A stretch of 24,293 bases of DNA from an uncultured Methanosarcinales archaeon (GCA_964385745.1 CAYLQB010000006.1:1-24293); one strand, 5' to 3'. Counted from the first letter of the stretch, positions 1 through 9,718 are shown. Notes: generated by a model from the sequence alone, not told the origin. Translations and numbers: made by a program.

Positions 1-132
1 ATGTTCACTTTGTGAAATCCTCCGAACCGAAGGAAGTTTCGTTAATGGCAAAAACCCAAGCAGAATAAAACAATAAAATCAAAAAGCTGATGAAAGTCCC
101 GGCCGGCGCATTTATTTAACATCAATCATGCA

Positions 133-153
133 AATAGAACATGCTGTTCTATT
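133..153. terminator. Perfect 9-bp inverted repeat downstream of the dCTP-deaminase-family gene
   Basis: AATAGAACA-TGC-TGTTCTATT begins 23 nt beyond the stop codon at 176-178. The strand of action is not determinable. Confidence 0.25.
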
Positions 154-175
154 CTTCCCTAAATTAATAAAACAA

Positions 176-1375
176 CTAATAGAACTCTCTGTTTGACTTA
201 ATAAAATTAGGCCTCTTAAAGAACTTTGACGGTCTCGGACCAAACTGTCCCTGATAATGAGAACCTATTTTTTTACTATAAACCTTATCAGGCAATTCGA
301 TTGTTTTAAACAAATCAATCTTGCTTATGGGCATTCCATCTTCTAGCATCATAGTAGATGACTCATTTGAGATTACTTCAAGGACTAAATCGCCATAAAA
401 ACCATTATCTATGAAACCGGCAAAATGCAGTGTTCCCATAAAACCGAGGCCTGAATGACTCCTGACCTCACAACTTAAATGTCGGGGAACTTTAAATACC
501 TCCTTGCTGGAAAACAGGTAGAACTGACCTGGCTCGAGTTTTATTTCTTTGCCTGCTTTTATCGGCTCAAAAAAATCATAAACATTGTAGTATCTCCCCT
601 TTTTCAGGTCTATCGGCTCCCAATTGTTTCTCGCCCTCAAGCCGATAACCCCATCTGTATCATCCCCGCTTAAATTAAGATGAACGTGCAGACCATCAGT
701 AATCTCAGGATTTTTTATAGGAGAGAGTCCTGCTTTTTCTTTTGCATATAATATAGGAGATTTATCAAACTCCTTTTTTATTTCATAAGTGTTCAATCTT
801 CCATCTCCCATATTGAAGAATCTCAACTGATTGAGGGACATTCCAGGATAAATAATCGAGTTAAACACCTGGGGCTGAACAAGAAGCCATAGTTTAATTT
901 CCTTGTTCTTTATTGTCCTTATTTCGTCGAATGAGGCATTGTAATCAGCCATTAATCTTGTGTTAAAGAACAACCTGCCGAAACTGCTCTTTGGAGAGGA
1001 CCTTATAAACGAATCAGGTAAAAAACCAATCTTTTCTCTAAGTGGAATTAAATAAGTGAACCCACGCCTGAGTTCAAATCCGTCTTTGATGTCATAATGT
1101 TTTCTTCTTCTCTCAGGCAATTTCATAAGAGTAGTATAAACTTCTTCATCAGCTCTTGGCCTGAAAACACTTGCCTCTGTATCTATAACAAAGAGTTCGT
1201 CAGATATAACCGGCTCAAAAGATGAGGGCTGTATCTTATCCTCAACATACTTAGTTATTATTTTTCCCTGTTTTATTAAAGCCCTTATATTCTGAGAAGC
1301 CAATGTCCCTTCAGAGACATCTTTGGAGATAAAATTATCCGACTCCCCGCTTTTCTTTAAATTCTCCCCCCGCAT
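176..1375 (-). CDS. Long-form 2'-deoxycytidine 5'-triphosphate deaminase family protein (DCD / PF06559-like, about 400 aa)
   Basis: ATG-initiated 399-aa ORF. It is collinear with my memory of the long DCD family: IQPSSFE near the N-terminus, YLIPL...SSPKSSFGRL (family signature NPKSSTGRLD), FFEPI, HFAGFIDNGFYG, LVLEV, and C-terminal GSHYQGQ...SKFF. There is no SD. An AT-rich TATA-like box sits about 30 nt upstream, giving leaderless geometry. Confidence 0.7.
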   Translation of the reverse strand: MRGENLKKSGESDNFISKDVSEGTLASQNIRALIKQGKIITKYVEDKIQPSSFEPVISDELFVIDTEASVFRPRADEEVYTTLMKLPERRRKHYDIKDGFELRRGFTYLIPLREKIGFLPDSFIRSSPKSSFGRLFFNTRLMADYNASFDEIRTIKNKEIKLWLLVQPQVFNSIIYPGMSLNQLRFFNMGDGRLNTYEIKKEFDKSPILYAKEKAGLSPIKNPEITDGLHVHLNLSGDDTDGVIGLRARNNWEPIDLKKGRYYNVYDFFEPIKAGKEIKLEPGQFYLFSSKEVFKVPRHLSCEVRSHSGLGFMGTLHFAGFIDNGFYGDLVLEVISNESSTMMLEDGMPISKIDLFKTIELPDKVYSKKIGSHYQGQFGPRPSKFFKRPNFIKSNREFY

Positions 1376-1398
1376 TATTGTAGGTATTTACGACAAGC

Positions 1399-1410
1399 TT
1401 AAATATATTT
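1399..1410 (-). promoter_or_regulatory. TATA-box candidate for the dCTP-deaminase-family gene
   Basis: The minus strand reads AAATATATTTAA, centred about 30 nt upstream of the ATG at 1375. There is no SD. Confidence 0.35.
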
Positions 1411-1527
1411 CTATAATCAAGTACATAAGCAGAGAATATAAGAAAGAAGTGAAAAATAAAGATTAGCATAAGAACAGGAAAGAGAAATTAAAATGAAGAA
1501 AAATAATGATAACTAAGAGTTGTTATT

Positions 1528-2811
1528 CTAAACCTCATTCTTAATTAGAGTAGAAAGTCGATGTATGCCTTCATCTATTTCTTCCTCATTTGGAAATGTA
1601 AAATTCAACCTTGCATATGACTTTGAACCACCAGAACAATCAAAGGCATACCCTGGGATGAACACAACCTTATACTTTTCAATAAGAGGAACTACATTAT
1701 CAGGTGTAAATTTGTAAGGTGTTTTAAGCCATAAGAAAAAACCTCCCTCCGGCTTATTCCAAGTAACACTCTCAGGCATATATTTTTTCAATGCATCAAT
1801 CATCCTGTTCCTCTTCCTGCGATATAAATCTTTCAAATCCTCAATATGTTCCTCTAAGCCCTCTTTTAAAAGAGGAGCAACTAAGGCCTGGCTTAAAGGA
1901 GGATTACAAAGAACTGTCCCCTGCTTCAATTTGTTTATTTTATCAACAATTGTTTTATCAGCAACGACCAGTCCTTCTCTTAAACCAGGAGCAAGTATTT
2001 TTGATAATGTCTCCATAAGTATAACTCTATTGCTCCCTCTTTCTTGAGCAAGTTGATAAACTAAGGGAATTGTTTCGCCTTCATAACGCAGATTTCTGTA
2101 AGGAGCATCCTCAACTATTAAAAAATCATAATTCTCAGATAAATCAAGCAGGTGTTTTCTCCTCTCAAGAGACATTGTAACACCAGCAGGATTTTGAAAA
2201 TCAGGAATAACATAAACAAACTTCAAGCTGTGCCCATCATTTGACATTTCCTTTAATTTATGCTCTAAATCACCGGTCTTTAGACCATTCTTATCAAGAG
2301 GGATTCCTACAAAATCTGGCTCTTTCAATTTGAAGGCAGACAGAGCACCAAGGTAAGTTGGCAATCCAACGGCTATTTTATCACCTTTATTGATAAATGC
2401 CTCTGCAACCAATTTAAGAGCAAGCTGCGAACCAACTGTTGATATTATATCATTATTGTACTTAACAGGGTCAATATGAACACCATCTCTCTCAAAAAAA
2501 CTTTTTGCTTCATTCAGATATGAATCAAGACCCGCTGTATTTGTATATTGGAACATACCAGAACTGTTTTCCTCAATATTCTTTTCCCATGATTCATTAA
2601 AATCAGATACAGGAAAAGTAACAGGGTCAGGTAATCCACCACCAAGAGATACAAAGCCCGGCTTTCCAGCGTATTTTAAGAAAATTCTTATGAGAGATGA
2701 CTTGGCCTGATTTGCCTCCTCTGAGAACATAGCCATAAAGTCCTTCTCTGATAGAGTCCTGTTGTTGTCCGAACCTAATAACTTCTTAATATTAGAATTA
2801 TTTTCCCCCAT
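1528..2811 (-). CDS. PLP-dependent aminotransferase, class I/II (ARO8 / LysN / 2-aminoadipate-aromatic aminotransferase-like)
   Basis: 427-aa ORF. SLGGGLPDPVTFP is typical of this subfamily. The PLP-lysine motif is present as TLSKILAPGLREG (consensus SxSKxxxPGxRxG), and the C-terminus has YARLNFTF. Substrate specificity cannot be read from the sequence. Confidence 0.8.
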   Translation of the reverse strand: MGENNSNIKKLLGSDNNRTLSEKDFMAMFSEEANQAKSSLIRIFLKYAGKPGFVSLGGGLPDPVTFPVSDFNESWEKNIEENSSGMFQYTNTAGLDSYLNEAKSFFERDGVHIDPVKYNNDIISTVGSQLALKLVAEAFINKGDKIAVGLPTYLGALSAFKLKEPDFVGIPLDKNGLKTGDLEHKLKEMSNDGHSLKFVYVIPDFQNPAGVTMSLERRKHLLDLSENYDFLIVEDAPYRNLRYEGETIPLVYQLAQERGSNRVILMETLSKILAPGLREGLVVADKTIVDKINKLKQGTVLCNPPLSQALVAPLLKEGLEEHIEDLKDLYRRKRNRMIDALKKYMPESVTWNKPEGGFFLWLKTPYKFTPDNVVPLIEKYKVVFIPGYAFDCSGGSKSYARLNFTFPNEEEIDEGIHRLSTLIKNEV

Positions 2812-2843
2812 TGTGTTTCACAATTTTAATTCAAAAGTGGTTA

Positions 2844-2855
2844 CTTTATATAAAG
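2844..2855 (-). promoter_or_regulatory. Palindromic TATA-box candidate upstream of the aminotransferase gene
   Basis: CTTTATATAAAG is a perfect palindrome centred about 38 nt upstream of the ATG at 2811. Confidence 0.3.
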
Positions 2856-2954
2856 ATTTCCAAACCACAAAATAACTATTGAACAACAAAGGTTTAAACA
2901 AATAAAAGCAATATTAACCAACATAAAAATAATAGCATAGAAGTAATATTTAGT

Positions 2955-3839
2955 TTAAAGGTTTTCAAGGGCCTTAATCCTGTCATCTATCGGAGGGTGA
3001 GTTCTAAAGAGGTTGTATATTGCTTTTTTAGGTAAGGGATTCGCAATATACATGTGCGCTGTCGCAGTTGTGGCATGCTTCATAGGCATATTCTCTACCT
3101 TAATCTTCTTTAAAGCACTTATCAGACCTTTGGGATTATGGGTGAGCAATGCAGAATCAGCATCAGCCAGATACTCTCTCTTTCTCGAAACTGCCAATTG
3201 AATAATTTGAGCGATTAAAGGAGAGAGGGCAATAAGCAGGAGCCCAAAAAGCATAACTATAAGATACAGGCCTCCACTATTATTCTCATCCTTCTTCAAA
3301 CCACCATACCATACCCATCTTAAAGCAAGGTCGCTCATCACTGCGACCACTCCAACAAGAGTCGACACGACAGTCATGAGTTTTATATCATAATTCTTTA
3401 TGTGACTCATCTCATGACCCAGGACACCTTCTATTTCCTGCCTGTTAAGTTTTTTCAAAGCCCCTTTAGTTATGGCAATGGAAGCATGTTTCGGGTCACG
3501 GCCAGTTGCGAATGCATTGATTGAATCATCGGGCAGCACATAAATATTCGGGGTTGGAAGGCCATCTCCAAGGGCCAATGCCTCAACGATGTTAACCAGA
3601 TAAGGATACTCCTTCTTAGACGCAGGTTTTGCTTTTGAAATTTTAAGAACTATCTTATCTCCTTTATAATAACCTGAGAGAGACATACTTACCGCTATAA
3701 TCAAAGCTAAGACAATTCCAACACTGCCATAATTAAGAAGATAATCAAATAACCAGCCGAGCAGAAGTACAAGTATTATGAAAAAGAAAATCAAAAAAAA
3801 TGTCTTCCTGTTATTTGATTCTATTCTTTGATATATCAT
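2955..3839 (-). CDS. htpX: HtpX-like M48 zinc metalloprotease (membrane protein quality control)
   Basis: 294-aa ORF with N-terminal TM helices and two central TM helices. The HExxH zinc motif HEMSH is encoded at 3402-3416. AFATG and YLADAD-type downstream motifs are present. It lies directly downstream of lemA, a common pairing. Confidence 0.85.
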   Translation of the reverse strand: MIYQRIESNNRKTFFLIFFFIILVLLLGWLFDYLLNYGSVGIVLALIIAVSMSLSGYYKGDKIVLKISKAKPASKKEYPYLVNIVEALALGDGLPTPNIYVLPDDSINAFATGRDPKHASIAITKGALKKLNRQEIEGVLGHEMSHIKNYDIKLMTVVSTLVGVVAVMSDLALRWVWYGGLKKDENNSGGLYLIVMLFGLLLIALSPLIAQIIQLAVSRKREYLADADSALLTHNPKGLISALKKIKVENMPMKHATTATAHMYIANPLPKKAIYNLFRTHPPIDDRIKALENL

Positions 3840-3864
3840 CTTGTTCCTGCCGCGGACAGATAGT

Positions 3865-4407
3865 TTAGAATTTTACCTTTGGAACCTTCTTGTCCTCAGA
3901 TGATGCCTCAAACATGTCCATCTCCTTGAAGTGGAACATAGAAGCAATCATATTCGTCGGGAACTTTTGTATCGCCGTGTTTAACATCATAACAGCGTCG
4001 TTGTAGAATTGTCGCGCATATGCAATCTTATTCTCTGTACCTTCCAACTCTTCCTGCAACATCTTAAAGTTTTCATTGGCTTTCAATGTAGGATAATTCT
4101 CGACAACAGCAAACAAACTCTTTAAAGCACCTGCGAGTTGAGAATTGGCTTTTGCCTTTTCTTTGACTGTCTTTGCATTCTGCATTAAATTTCTCGCCTG
4201 CGTCACTAACTCAAATGTTTCTCTCTCATGCTTTGCATAACCCTTAACTGTCTCAACAAGATTTGGTATTAAATTATATCTCCTCTTAAGCTGAATATCA
4301 ATCTTTGACCACGCATTCTTAGCCCTAACTCTTAAAGAAACTAACTTATTGTACTCAAGAATAACAAAAATTGCAATCAAAAGCAACAATAACCATAACC
4401 ATATCAT
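3865..4407 (-). CDS. lemA: LemA family membrane protein
   Basis: The LemA signature is YNKLV...[41 protein letters not shown]. The ORF track extends to an ATG at 4464. The ATG at 4405-4407 is preceded by a full SD (AGGAGGTG, then 5 nt, then ATG) and starts exactly at the N-terminal TM helix ([14 protein letters not shown]), as in other LemA proteins, so I prefer 4407 as the start. Confidence 0.8.
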   Translation of the reverse strand: MIWLWLLLLLIAIFVILEYNKLVSLRVRAKNAWSKIDIQLKRRYNLIPNLVETVKGYAKHERETFELVTQARNLMQNAKTVKEKAKANSQLAGALKSLFAVVENYPTLKANENFKMLQEELEGTENKIAYARQFYNDAVMMLNTAIQKFPTNMIASMFHFKEMDMFEASSEDKKVPKVKF

Positions 4408-4478
4408 AATAACACCTCCTGAACTTAAAATTAAAGTCCTGCTTTTAAATTTTTTGGTAATCATAAAGTAAAAGATTA

Positions 4479-6647
4479 TTAGCCACCAACACCGGGAACT
4501 GCAGAACTCATATGTCCTGTGACCGCATTCGCAATCAAGTTAAAGGCAAGAGTTATCACAAAAGTAATAACCACATAAAGAAGAGTCGAGTTTATCAATG
4601 ACTTCCCAACAGTATACCTCTCTCCAAGAGAATCAGCCCCGTTTTCAATGCCATTGGCCAGAACCGCCAAAATGTAAATTAATTCAACAATGTATATCCC
4701 AACGACGAGCTGAAAGTAATATGTTGGTATTCCAAGACTAAAAAGCTTTCCCATTTGATCGCTATATTTGGAATTCAACTCAACGAGTTCACCAGAATTT
4801 ACTGAGGCCCTAAGTTGTCCCACTATCTTCGTTATCATAGATGTCAATCCAACGACAATTCCAGCTATCGCAGGAGTTATAAAAGATATTTGGGTTTTCA
4901 TAGATGAGATTGTATCAGCAAGCAGGTCCTTCAATCTCTCATTGACACGATGCATCTCTTTAATATAATGAGAGACATTCATCAAAGCATTTGAAACAAT
5001 AATAGGTCCCTTCTTGGCACTCTCCACGAGAACCTTCATAGAACTCTCTATCATGTTTGACGGGAAGTATACTAATGCACCTCTTTCTTTGTTGAATATT
5101 GCATCTTTAATTCCCATTCCTGAGCGTGTTAGGTTAGTAGTCACTATCTCAAAGAACTTCCCTGAAAGAGTACCCTGCATAACCTCAGCAACCTTCTGGC
5201 ACGCAATTTCGACAGGCAGTCCATCACCTATCCTATTGCCTAACTGAAACAATGCAGAAGCAAACTCCTGCTCGAGTTTTTTCGCATTACCCCTTATCAT
5301 AATCAATGTCTTTGAGCCCAAATAATAGTAAAGCCCCACTGAAATCCCCAAGCCCAGTGTTATGAACAAACTTATCAAACCGGCTCCGAGACCAAAAGGA
5401 CCAACCTCTACTCCTTTGTCCTCTATATAACCAAAGAAATTAAAATGAGTTATCTGATTAAAGTTACTGTCAAACTGGCTCACAAAACCAGGAGCTACCG
5501 CATGTATAAGAAGGGGAGACACTCCTATAAAAAAACAAATTAAGAAAACAGGCAAAGCAACAGTGAATGGCTTTAGTTTAAACTCCTTAGAGCCAATCTT
5601 TATAATAATATTTGAGTATTTTTTGAAGTTCTTATGATATTGTGATATATCAACATCACCATAGCCCGTCGGCCTCTTGGACAACAAGCTTCTTCCCAGA
5701 AAATAAACTCCTATTGGCAACAATATATCATAAAAGAAAGCAAGGTGATACCACTTAACTCCACCAATAAAATTAATCGCCAGCGGCAGAATAACCAAAC
5801 TAAGTATAGGAAGTATAATACCAAACATATTCAACATTGTCATAGGTGACTTCAGGTTATGAGCATAATGCAGCATCCTTTCATAGGTCTCATCAAGCAT
5901 CAAAGAAAGCGATTTTTCAAGTGCATTTATTCTACGGTCTTCTGAACTCTCAAACAATGAGGATTCTATTAAATGGAATGACTCAACAAATTCCGTGCTC
6001 CAGTCCTTCCAGGTATCTAAATACCTATCCATGGATTCTTTAATAGAAGGGTATTTCTGGGTTTCAACATTCCATAATACCTTCTTAAGGTCTGTTGAGA
6101 GGGGTGGTGATAAGTGCTGAGCAGCAAAATTTACCGCAAGCTCAAGATTGGATGTGTGCCTCATATAAGTCACAACATAGAAAACGCAGAGAACCATCTG
6201 GCTACTTGCCTTTAACCTCCAACTGTCTGCTATCAAAAAAGGGAGTTTCTGGAGCATTGCAAACAAAACCAATCCGAGAAGGAAGGTGAAGAGGACAGCC
6301 AGAAGAGAATTAAATATCAAGAAACTGAACAGGCCAAAGAATAAAATAAATAATACAGGTACAAGAAGAGATAAACTATACGCTCCAGTAGGAGTAATAT
6401 CCAAATGGCAGATATCTATCGCTTTCTGAAAATCTTGCTGTGTCTTCTTGTCAGGAGCGACTTTCAATAAATTTTCACTCATAGCGCAAAGCTTCTCATA
6501 CAATGATTTCTTTCTCTTCGTCAATTCAGTTTTAAACTGGACATACTGACGAGATTCTAGAGGAGATTCTTCAACAGAAATATTCTGCTTCAATCTCTGT
6601 TTATATTTGTCCATCAAATCCTTGAGGTCTTTCTCTGAGAATGTCAT
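4479..6647 (-). CDS. Polytopic membrane platform protein of a type IV filament system (FlaJ/TadC/PilC-like, two T2SSF-like repeats)
   Basis: 722-aa ORF with many TM helices. Two soluble helical segments (about aa 150-290, nt 5778-6200; about aa 452-600, nt 4848-5294) each fit the T2SSF pattern of helical bundle followed by TM helices, for example [39 protein letters not shown] and [29 protein letters not shown]...GIKDAIFN...[19 protein letters not shown]. It sits divergently next to the secretion ATPase. The assignment rests on pattern and context, not on a search. Confidence 0.55.
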   Translation of the reverse strand: MTFSEKDLKDLMDKYKQRLKQNISVEESPLESRQYVQFKTELTKRKKSLYEKLCAMSENLLKVAPDKKTQQDFQKAIDICHLDITPTGAYSLSLLVPVLFILFFGLFSFLIFNSLLAVLFTFLLGLVLFAMLQKLPFLIADSWRLKASSQMVLCVFYVVTYMRHTSNLELAVNFAAQHLSPPLSTDLKKVLWNVETQKYPSIKESMDRYLDTWKDWSTEFVESFHLIESSLFESSEDRRINALEKSLSLMLDETYERMLHYAHNLKSPMTMLNMFGIILPILSLVILPLAINFIGGVKWYHLAFFYDILLPIGVYFLGRSLLSKRPTGYGDVDISQYHKNFKKYSNIIIKIGSKEFKLKPFTVALPVFLICFFIGVSPLLIHAVAPGFVSQFDSNFNQITHFNFFGYIEDKGVEVGPFGLGAGLISLFITLGLGISVGLYYYLGSKTLIMIRGNAKKLEQEFASALFQLGNRIGDGLPVEIACQKVAEVMQGTLSGKFFEIVTTNLTRSGMGIKDAIFNKERGALVYFPSNMIESSMKVLVESAKKGPIIVSNALMNVSHYIKEMHRVNERLKDLLADTISSMKTQISFITPAIAGIVVGLTSMITKIVGQLRASVNSGELVELNSKYSDQMGKLFSLGIPTYYFQLVVGIYIVELIYILAVLANGIENGADSLGERYTVGKSLINSTLLYVVITFVITLAFNLIANAVTGHMSSAVPGVGG

Positions 6648-6666
6648 AATTAAACTTCAATACTTG

Positions 6667-6682
6667 ATTTAAAATAATAAAA
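6667..6682 (-). promoter_or_regulatory. TATA-box candidate for the platform-protein gene (leaderless geometry)
   Basis: The minus strand reads TTTTATTATTTTAAAT, centred about 28 nt upstream of the ATG at 6647. No SD lies between them. Confidence 0.4.
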
Positions 6683-6848
6683 GTTTTGTGAGTATTCATA
6701 AGTAAAGAAATAGATTAAAATAATATTATTGAAGGGCTAATTCACAAAAAATATACAGTGGAAGAAGTTTATGAATTTATAGATAATAAGTAATAGAAAG
6801 ATAAATAAAGGAGTAAAGGGATAAAGTTATTAAAAAAGAGGTTTTAGT

Positions 6849-9143
6849 ATGGCCAAAACTAATTTAAGCTGCCCCCATGAAATTATAAGAGAAGGGGAAG
6901 ATGTTATATTAAGAATAAACTGCTCAAAGTGTCCTCTTGTTCCCAGCTTGGAAGATACTCCTAATTGTATGACATCTGTGATAACAAAGTTGGTAGAAAA
7001 CAATGATGTCACAAAAGTAATATTTTCCCAGAGGAGGGATTATGAATATGATTACAACCAAATCCAACTATTAATAGAAATCGCTAAAATTTACAAAAAG
7101 CTCATCAAGAATAAAGATATAATCAGTTATTATGGACTATCCCGGGGTCTTGAAACAAATAAATTCGTAAAAGAATGGTATAACCAGATTCACAGCATAA
7201 TCTTTGACCTGCTAAAGAGTGATCCCTTAGGTGCTTATGTCGAATTAATAAGAATCCGGAGAGTAGAGCAGATAGAACTCGAGAAAACCACCCTGATAGA
7301 GGAGGTTCATGCTCACGAGAAATATATATCCATATTGAATCAGATTATAGAGCTTCTCAAGAATACAAAATTAATAACAATAGCGGGGCCTTACTTGAAC
7401 GGTTACATCATTGGAAACCGAGATGTATACAGGAAAATATTCTCACCAACAATAAAACCCGACTTTATGTTTACAAAACTGATGGCTTCTTATCCAGAAG
7501 ACGCTGAAGAACTTGCCAGTTATACAGTTGGAAAAAACACAGAAATTACAATATTCAAATTGCCTAACTCTATACAAAATTTATATCATATAATGCCTCC
7601 TGAATTCAAACTGTTTGAGGAAAAATATGAACTACTGGACACAGCAAGGAAGATTATAGCTGAGCATAAACCAAAGAAATCTGAATTCGTCGACCCACAG
7701 AGGATGAGGCAGGTCTTCTATAATGTAGGTCATGATTTAATTGAAGAATTAGCAAGTTACCAGAGTTTAGAACTCAAACAGGATGAGATAGATGAATTGA
7801 CAGAAATCCTAGTCAGATACACTGTCGGCTTTGGATTAATAGAGGTCTTATTGCAGGATGATAAAGTTCAAGATGTAACAATAAACAGTCCTATGGGTCA
7901 GGTTCCTATGTTTATAGTTCATCAGGACTTCGAGGACTGCATAACAAATGTAGTCCCAACAAAATCAGAAGCAGAATCCTGGGCATCAAAATTGAGAATG
8001 ATGTCAGGCAGGCCGTTAGATGAAGCTAATCCTATACTGGATACAGAAATACAACTGCCAGGAGCAAATGCAAGAGTGGCTGTTATATCAGAGCCGCTTA
8101 ATCCGTCCGGGTTGGCATACGCATTCAGAAGGCACAGGGATAAACCATGGACCTTGCCCCTGTTTATAAAAAACAGAATGATTACTCCACTAGCAGCTGG
8201 AATAATAAGTTTCATTATAGATGGTTCAAGGACAATATTAGTCGCTGGAACAAGAAGTGCTGGAAAAACATCCCTTCTTGGTGCCCTCATGGTAGAGATA
8301 ATGCGAAAATACAGGATAATAACAATAGAAGACACTCTCGAATTACCAACTGCCTCTTTAAGAAAATTGGGTTATAATATTCAACCAATGAAAGTCGCAA
8401 GTGCAATGACAAAAGGAACATCAGAGGTCTCAGCTGATGAAGGAATAAGAACAACATTAAGAATGGGTGACTCCTCATTAATAGTCGGTGAAGTAAGAAG
8501 TAAAGAAGCAAGAGCACTGTATGAGGCAATGAGAGTGGGTGCATTGGCTCATGTTGTCGCAGGAACAATACATGGTGATTCCCCATATGGAGTATATGAC
8601 AGAGTTGTAAATGATTTGGAAGTTCCAAAGACAAGTTTCAAAGCAACGGATATTATTATAGTCGCGAATCCAATAAGAAGTCCAGACGGACTTCACAGAT
8701 GGAGGAGAGTGACTCAAATTTCAGAGGTAAGAAAATTTTGGGAGGAAGATCCGCTTTTGGAGAATGGTTTTGTTGATTTGATGAAGTATGATGCCAAGTC
8801 AGACGCGCTCAAACCGTCACAGGACTTAATAAACGGCGACTCAGAGATAATAAAAGCAATAGCAGGAAATGTAAAAGAATGGGCTGGAAACTGGACTGCT
8901 GTCTGGGATAATATCACATTAAGAGCAAATATAAAAGAACTTATGGTAAAATACTCTGAAAAAATAAAAAATCCTGAGTTACTCGAGGCAGAACATGTTA
9001 TACAAGCCAATGACCAATTTCACAGGATATCAGATGATGTCAAAGAGGAATTTGGTTTTATAGACACGAAGAAAGTAGCATTCAAATGGGAAGAATGGTT
9101 AAAAAGATATATTAAAAAGAAACAAATAAATGGAAAACTCTAA
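6849..9143 (+). CDS. Type II/IV secretion-system ATPase (archaeal FlaI/PilB/VirB11 superfamily) with long N- and C-terminal extensions
   Basis: 764-aa ORF. Motifs present: Walker A GTRSAGKT (nt 8247-8270), Asp box IITIEDTLEL, Walker B-like SLIVGE (Glu at 8490-8492), and His box AGTIHGDS. An SD (GAGGT) lies 6 nt upstream of the ATG. About 330 aa precede the canonical N-terminal domain, including four Cys (C8, C25, C28, C40). Confidence 0.9.
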   Translation: MAKTNLSCPHEIIREGEDVILRINCSKCPLVPSLEDTPNCMTSVITKLVENNDVTKVIFSQRRDYEYDYNQIQLLIEIAKIYKKLIKNKDIISYYGLSRGLETNKFVKEWYNQIHSIIFDLLKSDPLGAYVELIRIRRVEQIELEKTTLIEEVHAHEKYISILNQIIELLKNTKLITIAGPYLNGYIIGNRDVYRKIFSPTIKPDFMFTKLMASYPEDAEELASYTVGKNTEITIFKLPNSIQNLYHIMPPEFKLFEEKYELLDTARKIIAEHKPKKSEFVDPQRMRQVFYNVGHDLIEELASYQSLELKQDEIDELTEILVRYTVGFGLIEVLLQDDKVQDVTINSPMGQVPMFIVHQDFEDCITNVVPTKSEAESWASKLRMMSGRPLDEANPILDTEIQLPGANARVAVISEPLNPSGLAYAFRRHRDKPWTLPLFIKNRMITPLAAGIISFIIDGSRTILVAGTRSAGKTSLLGALMVEIMRKYRIITIEDTLELPTASLRKLGYNIQPMKVASAMTKGTSEVSADEGIRTTLRMGDSSLIVGEVRSKEARALYEAMRVGALAHVVAGTIHGDSPYGVYDRVVNDLEVPKTSFKATDIIIVANPIRSPDGLHRWRRVTQISEVRKFWEEDPLLENGFVDLMKYDAKSDALKPSQDLINGDSEIIKAIAGNVKEWAGNWTAVWDNITLRANIKELMVKYSEKIKNPELLEAEHVIQANDQFHRISDDVKEEFGFIDTKKVAFKWEEWLKRYIKKKQINGKL

Positions 9144-9301
9144 TAATCAATAAACAGATGATGTAAAACAAAAAGAAAACACAAGAAAGATAAATGAGAA
9201 ACCATTAATAGAATATAATAACAGAAGTCCCAGATATTAAGAAAAGGCAGATAATAAAAGGGAAGATTACTATTGAATTAATAAAATAATAAGGTGCTTT
9301 T

Positions 9302-9718
9302 ATGGATGCAAAAAAAACAAACCAGACCAATGCTGAAAGGAATATGATTAATACAGGAGTACAAGCTCAAGCAGGTCCAAATCTGTCAAGCATATCACGA
9401 AGATTGAGAATGCTTGAAGAAAGGTATACTAAATTAGTGAGCAGGTTACAATTAAATGAACATGATTCTATGGATTTTAAGAAAAGAACAAATGTCAATA
9501 TAAGAACAATAAATTCTGAACTTGATGAGATTAAATCAGAGATAAACGAGATAAAAGACAGAATAATCTTGATAGTTAAAGAATTAAAGTTAACTGCAAA
9601 GAAGGAAGATGTCAATATTTTAAAGAGGTACATTGAGATGTGGGAGCCAGTCAATTTTGTAACAAGAGATGAACTAAATAAAAAACTCAATGAATTAAAG
9701 AAGGAAATAGAAAGATAA
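9302..9718 (+). CDS. Small coiled-coil protein, function unknown
   Basis: 138-aa ORF with SD AAGGTG 5 nt upstream of the ATG. Heptad-like charged repeats run through most of the length (RRLRMLEERYTKLVSRL...ELDEIKSEINEIKDRIILIVKELK...LNELKKEIER). There is no TM helix and no catalytic motif. Confidence 0.6.
   Translation: MDAKKTNQTNAERNMINTGVQAQAGPNLSSISRRLRMLEERYTKLVSRLQLNEHDSMDFKKRTNVNIRTINSELDEIKSEINEIKDRIILIVKELKLTAKKEDVNILKRYIEMWEPVNFVTRDELNKKLNELKKEIER

Noticed and set aside
1-76. Possible C-terminal fragment of a + strand gene entering from the left edge (open frames ending at about 66-76)
   Set aside because: At most about 24 codons are visible, two frames are equally open, and neither translation is recognisable.
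87-110. CTGATGA followed by the GC-rich palindrome CCGGCCGG (99-106) in the otherwise AT-rich left-edge region
   Set aside because: The C-box purine is missing, there is no matching D box, and the palindrome is only 8 bp. It is too little to call an RNA gene or a binding site.
4408-4464. 19-codon N-terminal extension of lemA given by the ORF track ([19 protein letters not shown])
   Set aside because: The extension itself encodes the SD (AGGAGGTG) for the downstream ATG at 4407, and LemA proteins normally begin at the TM helix. It is treated as 5' UTR.
4768-6289. Four + strand ORFs of 64-77 aa inside the platform-protein gene
   Set aside because: They are antisense to a long continuous membrane-protein ORF and have no independent support.
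7922-9010. Minus-strand ORFs of 79-137 aa (7922-8335, 8287-8634, 8478-8717, 8714-9010) and the + strand ORF at 8147-8377, all inside the ATPase gene
   Set aside because: They lie entirely within or antisense to a strongly supported 764-aa CDS with intact ATPase motifs. Their translations are low-complexity (Leu/Ser/His-rich) shadow frames with no SD or promoter.
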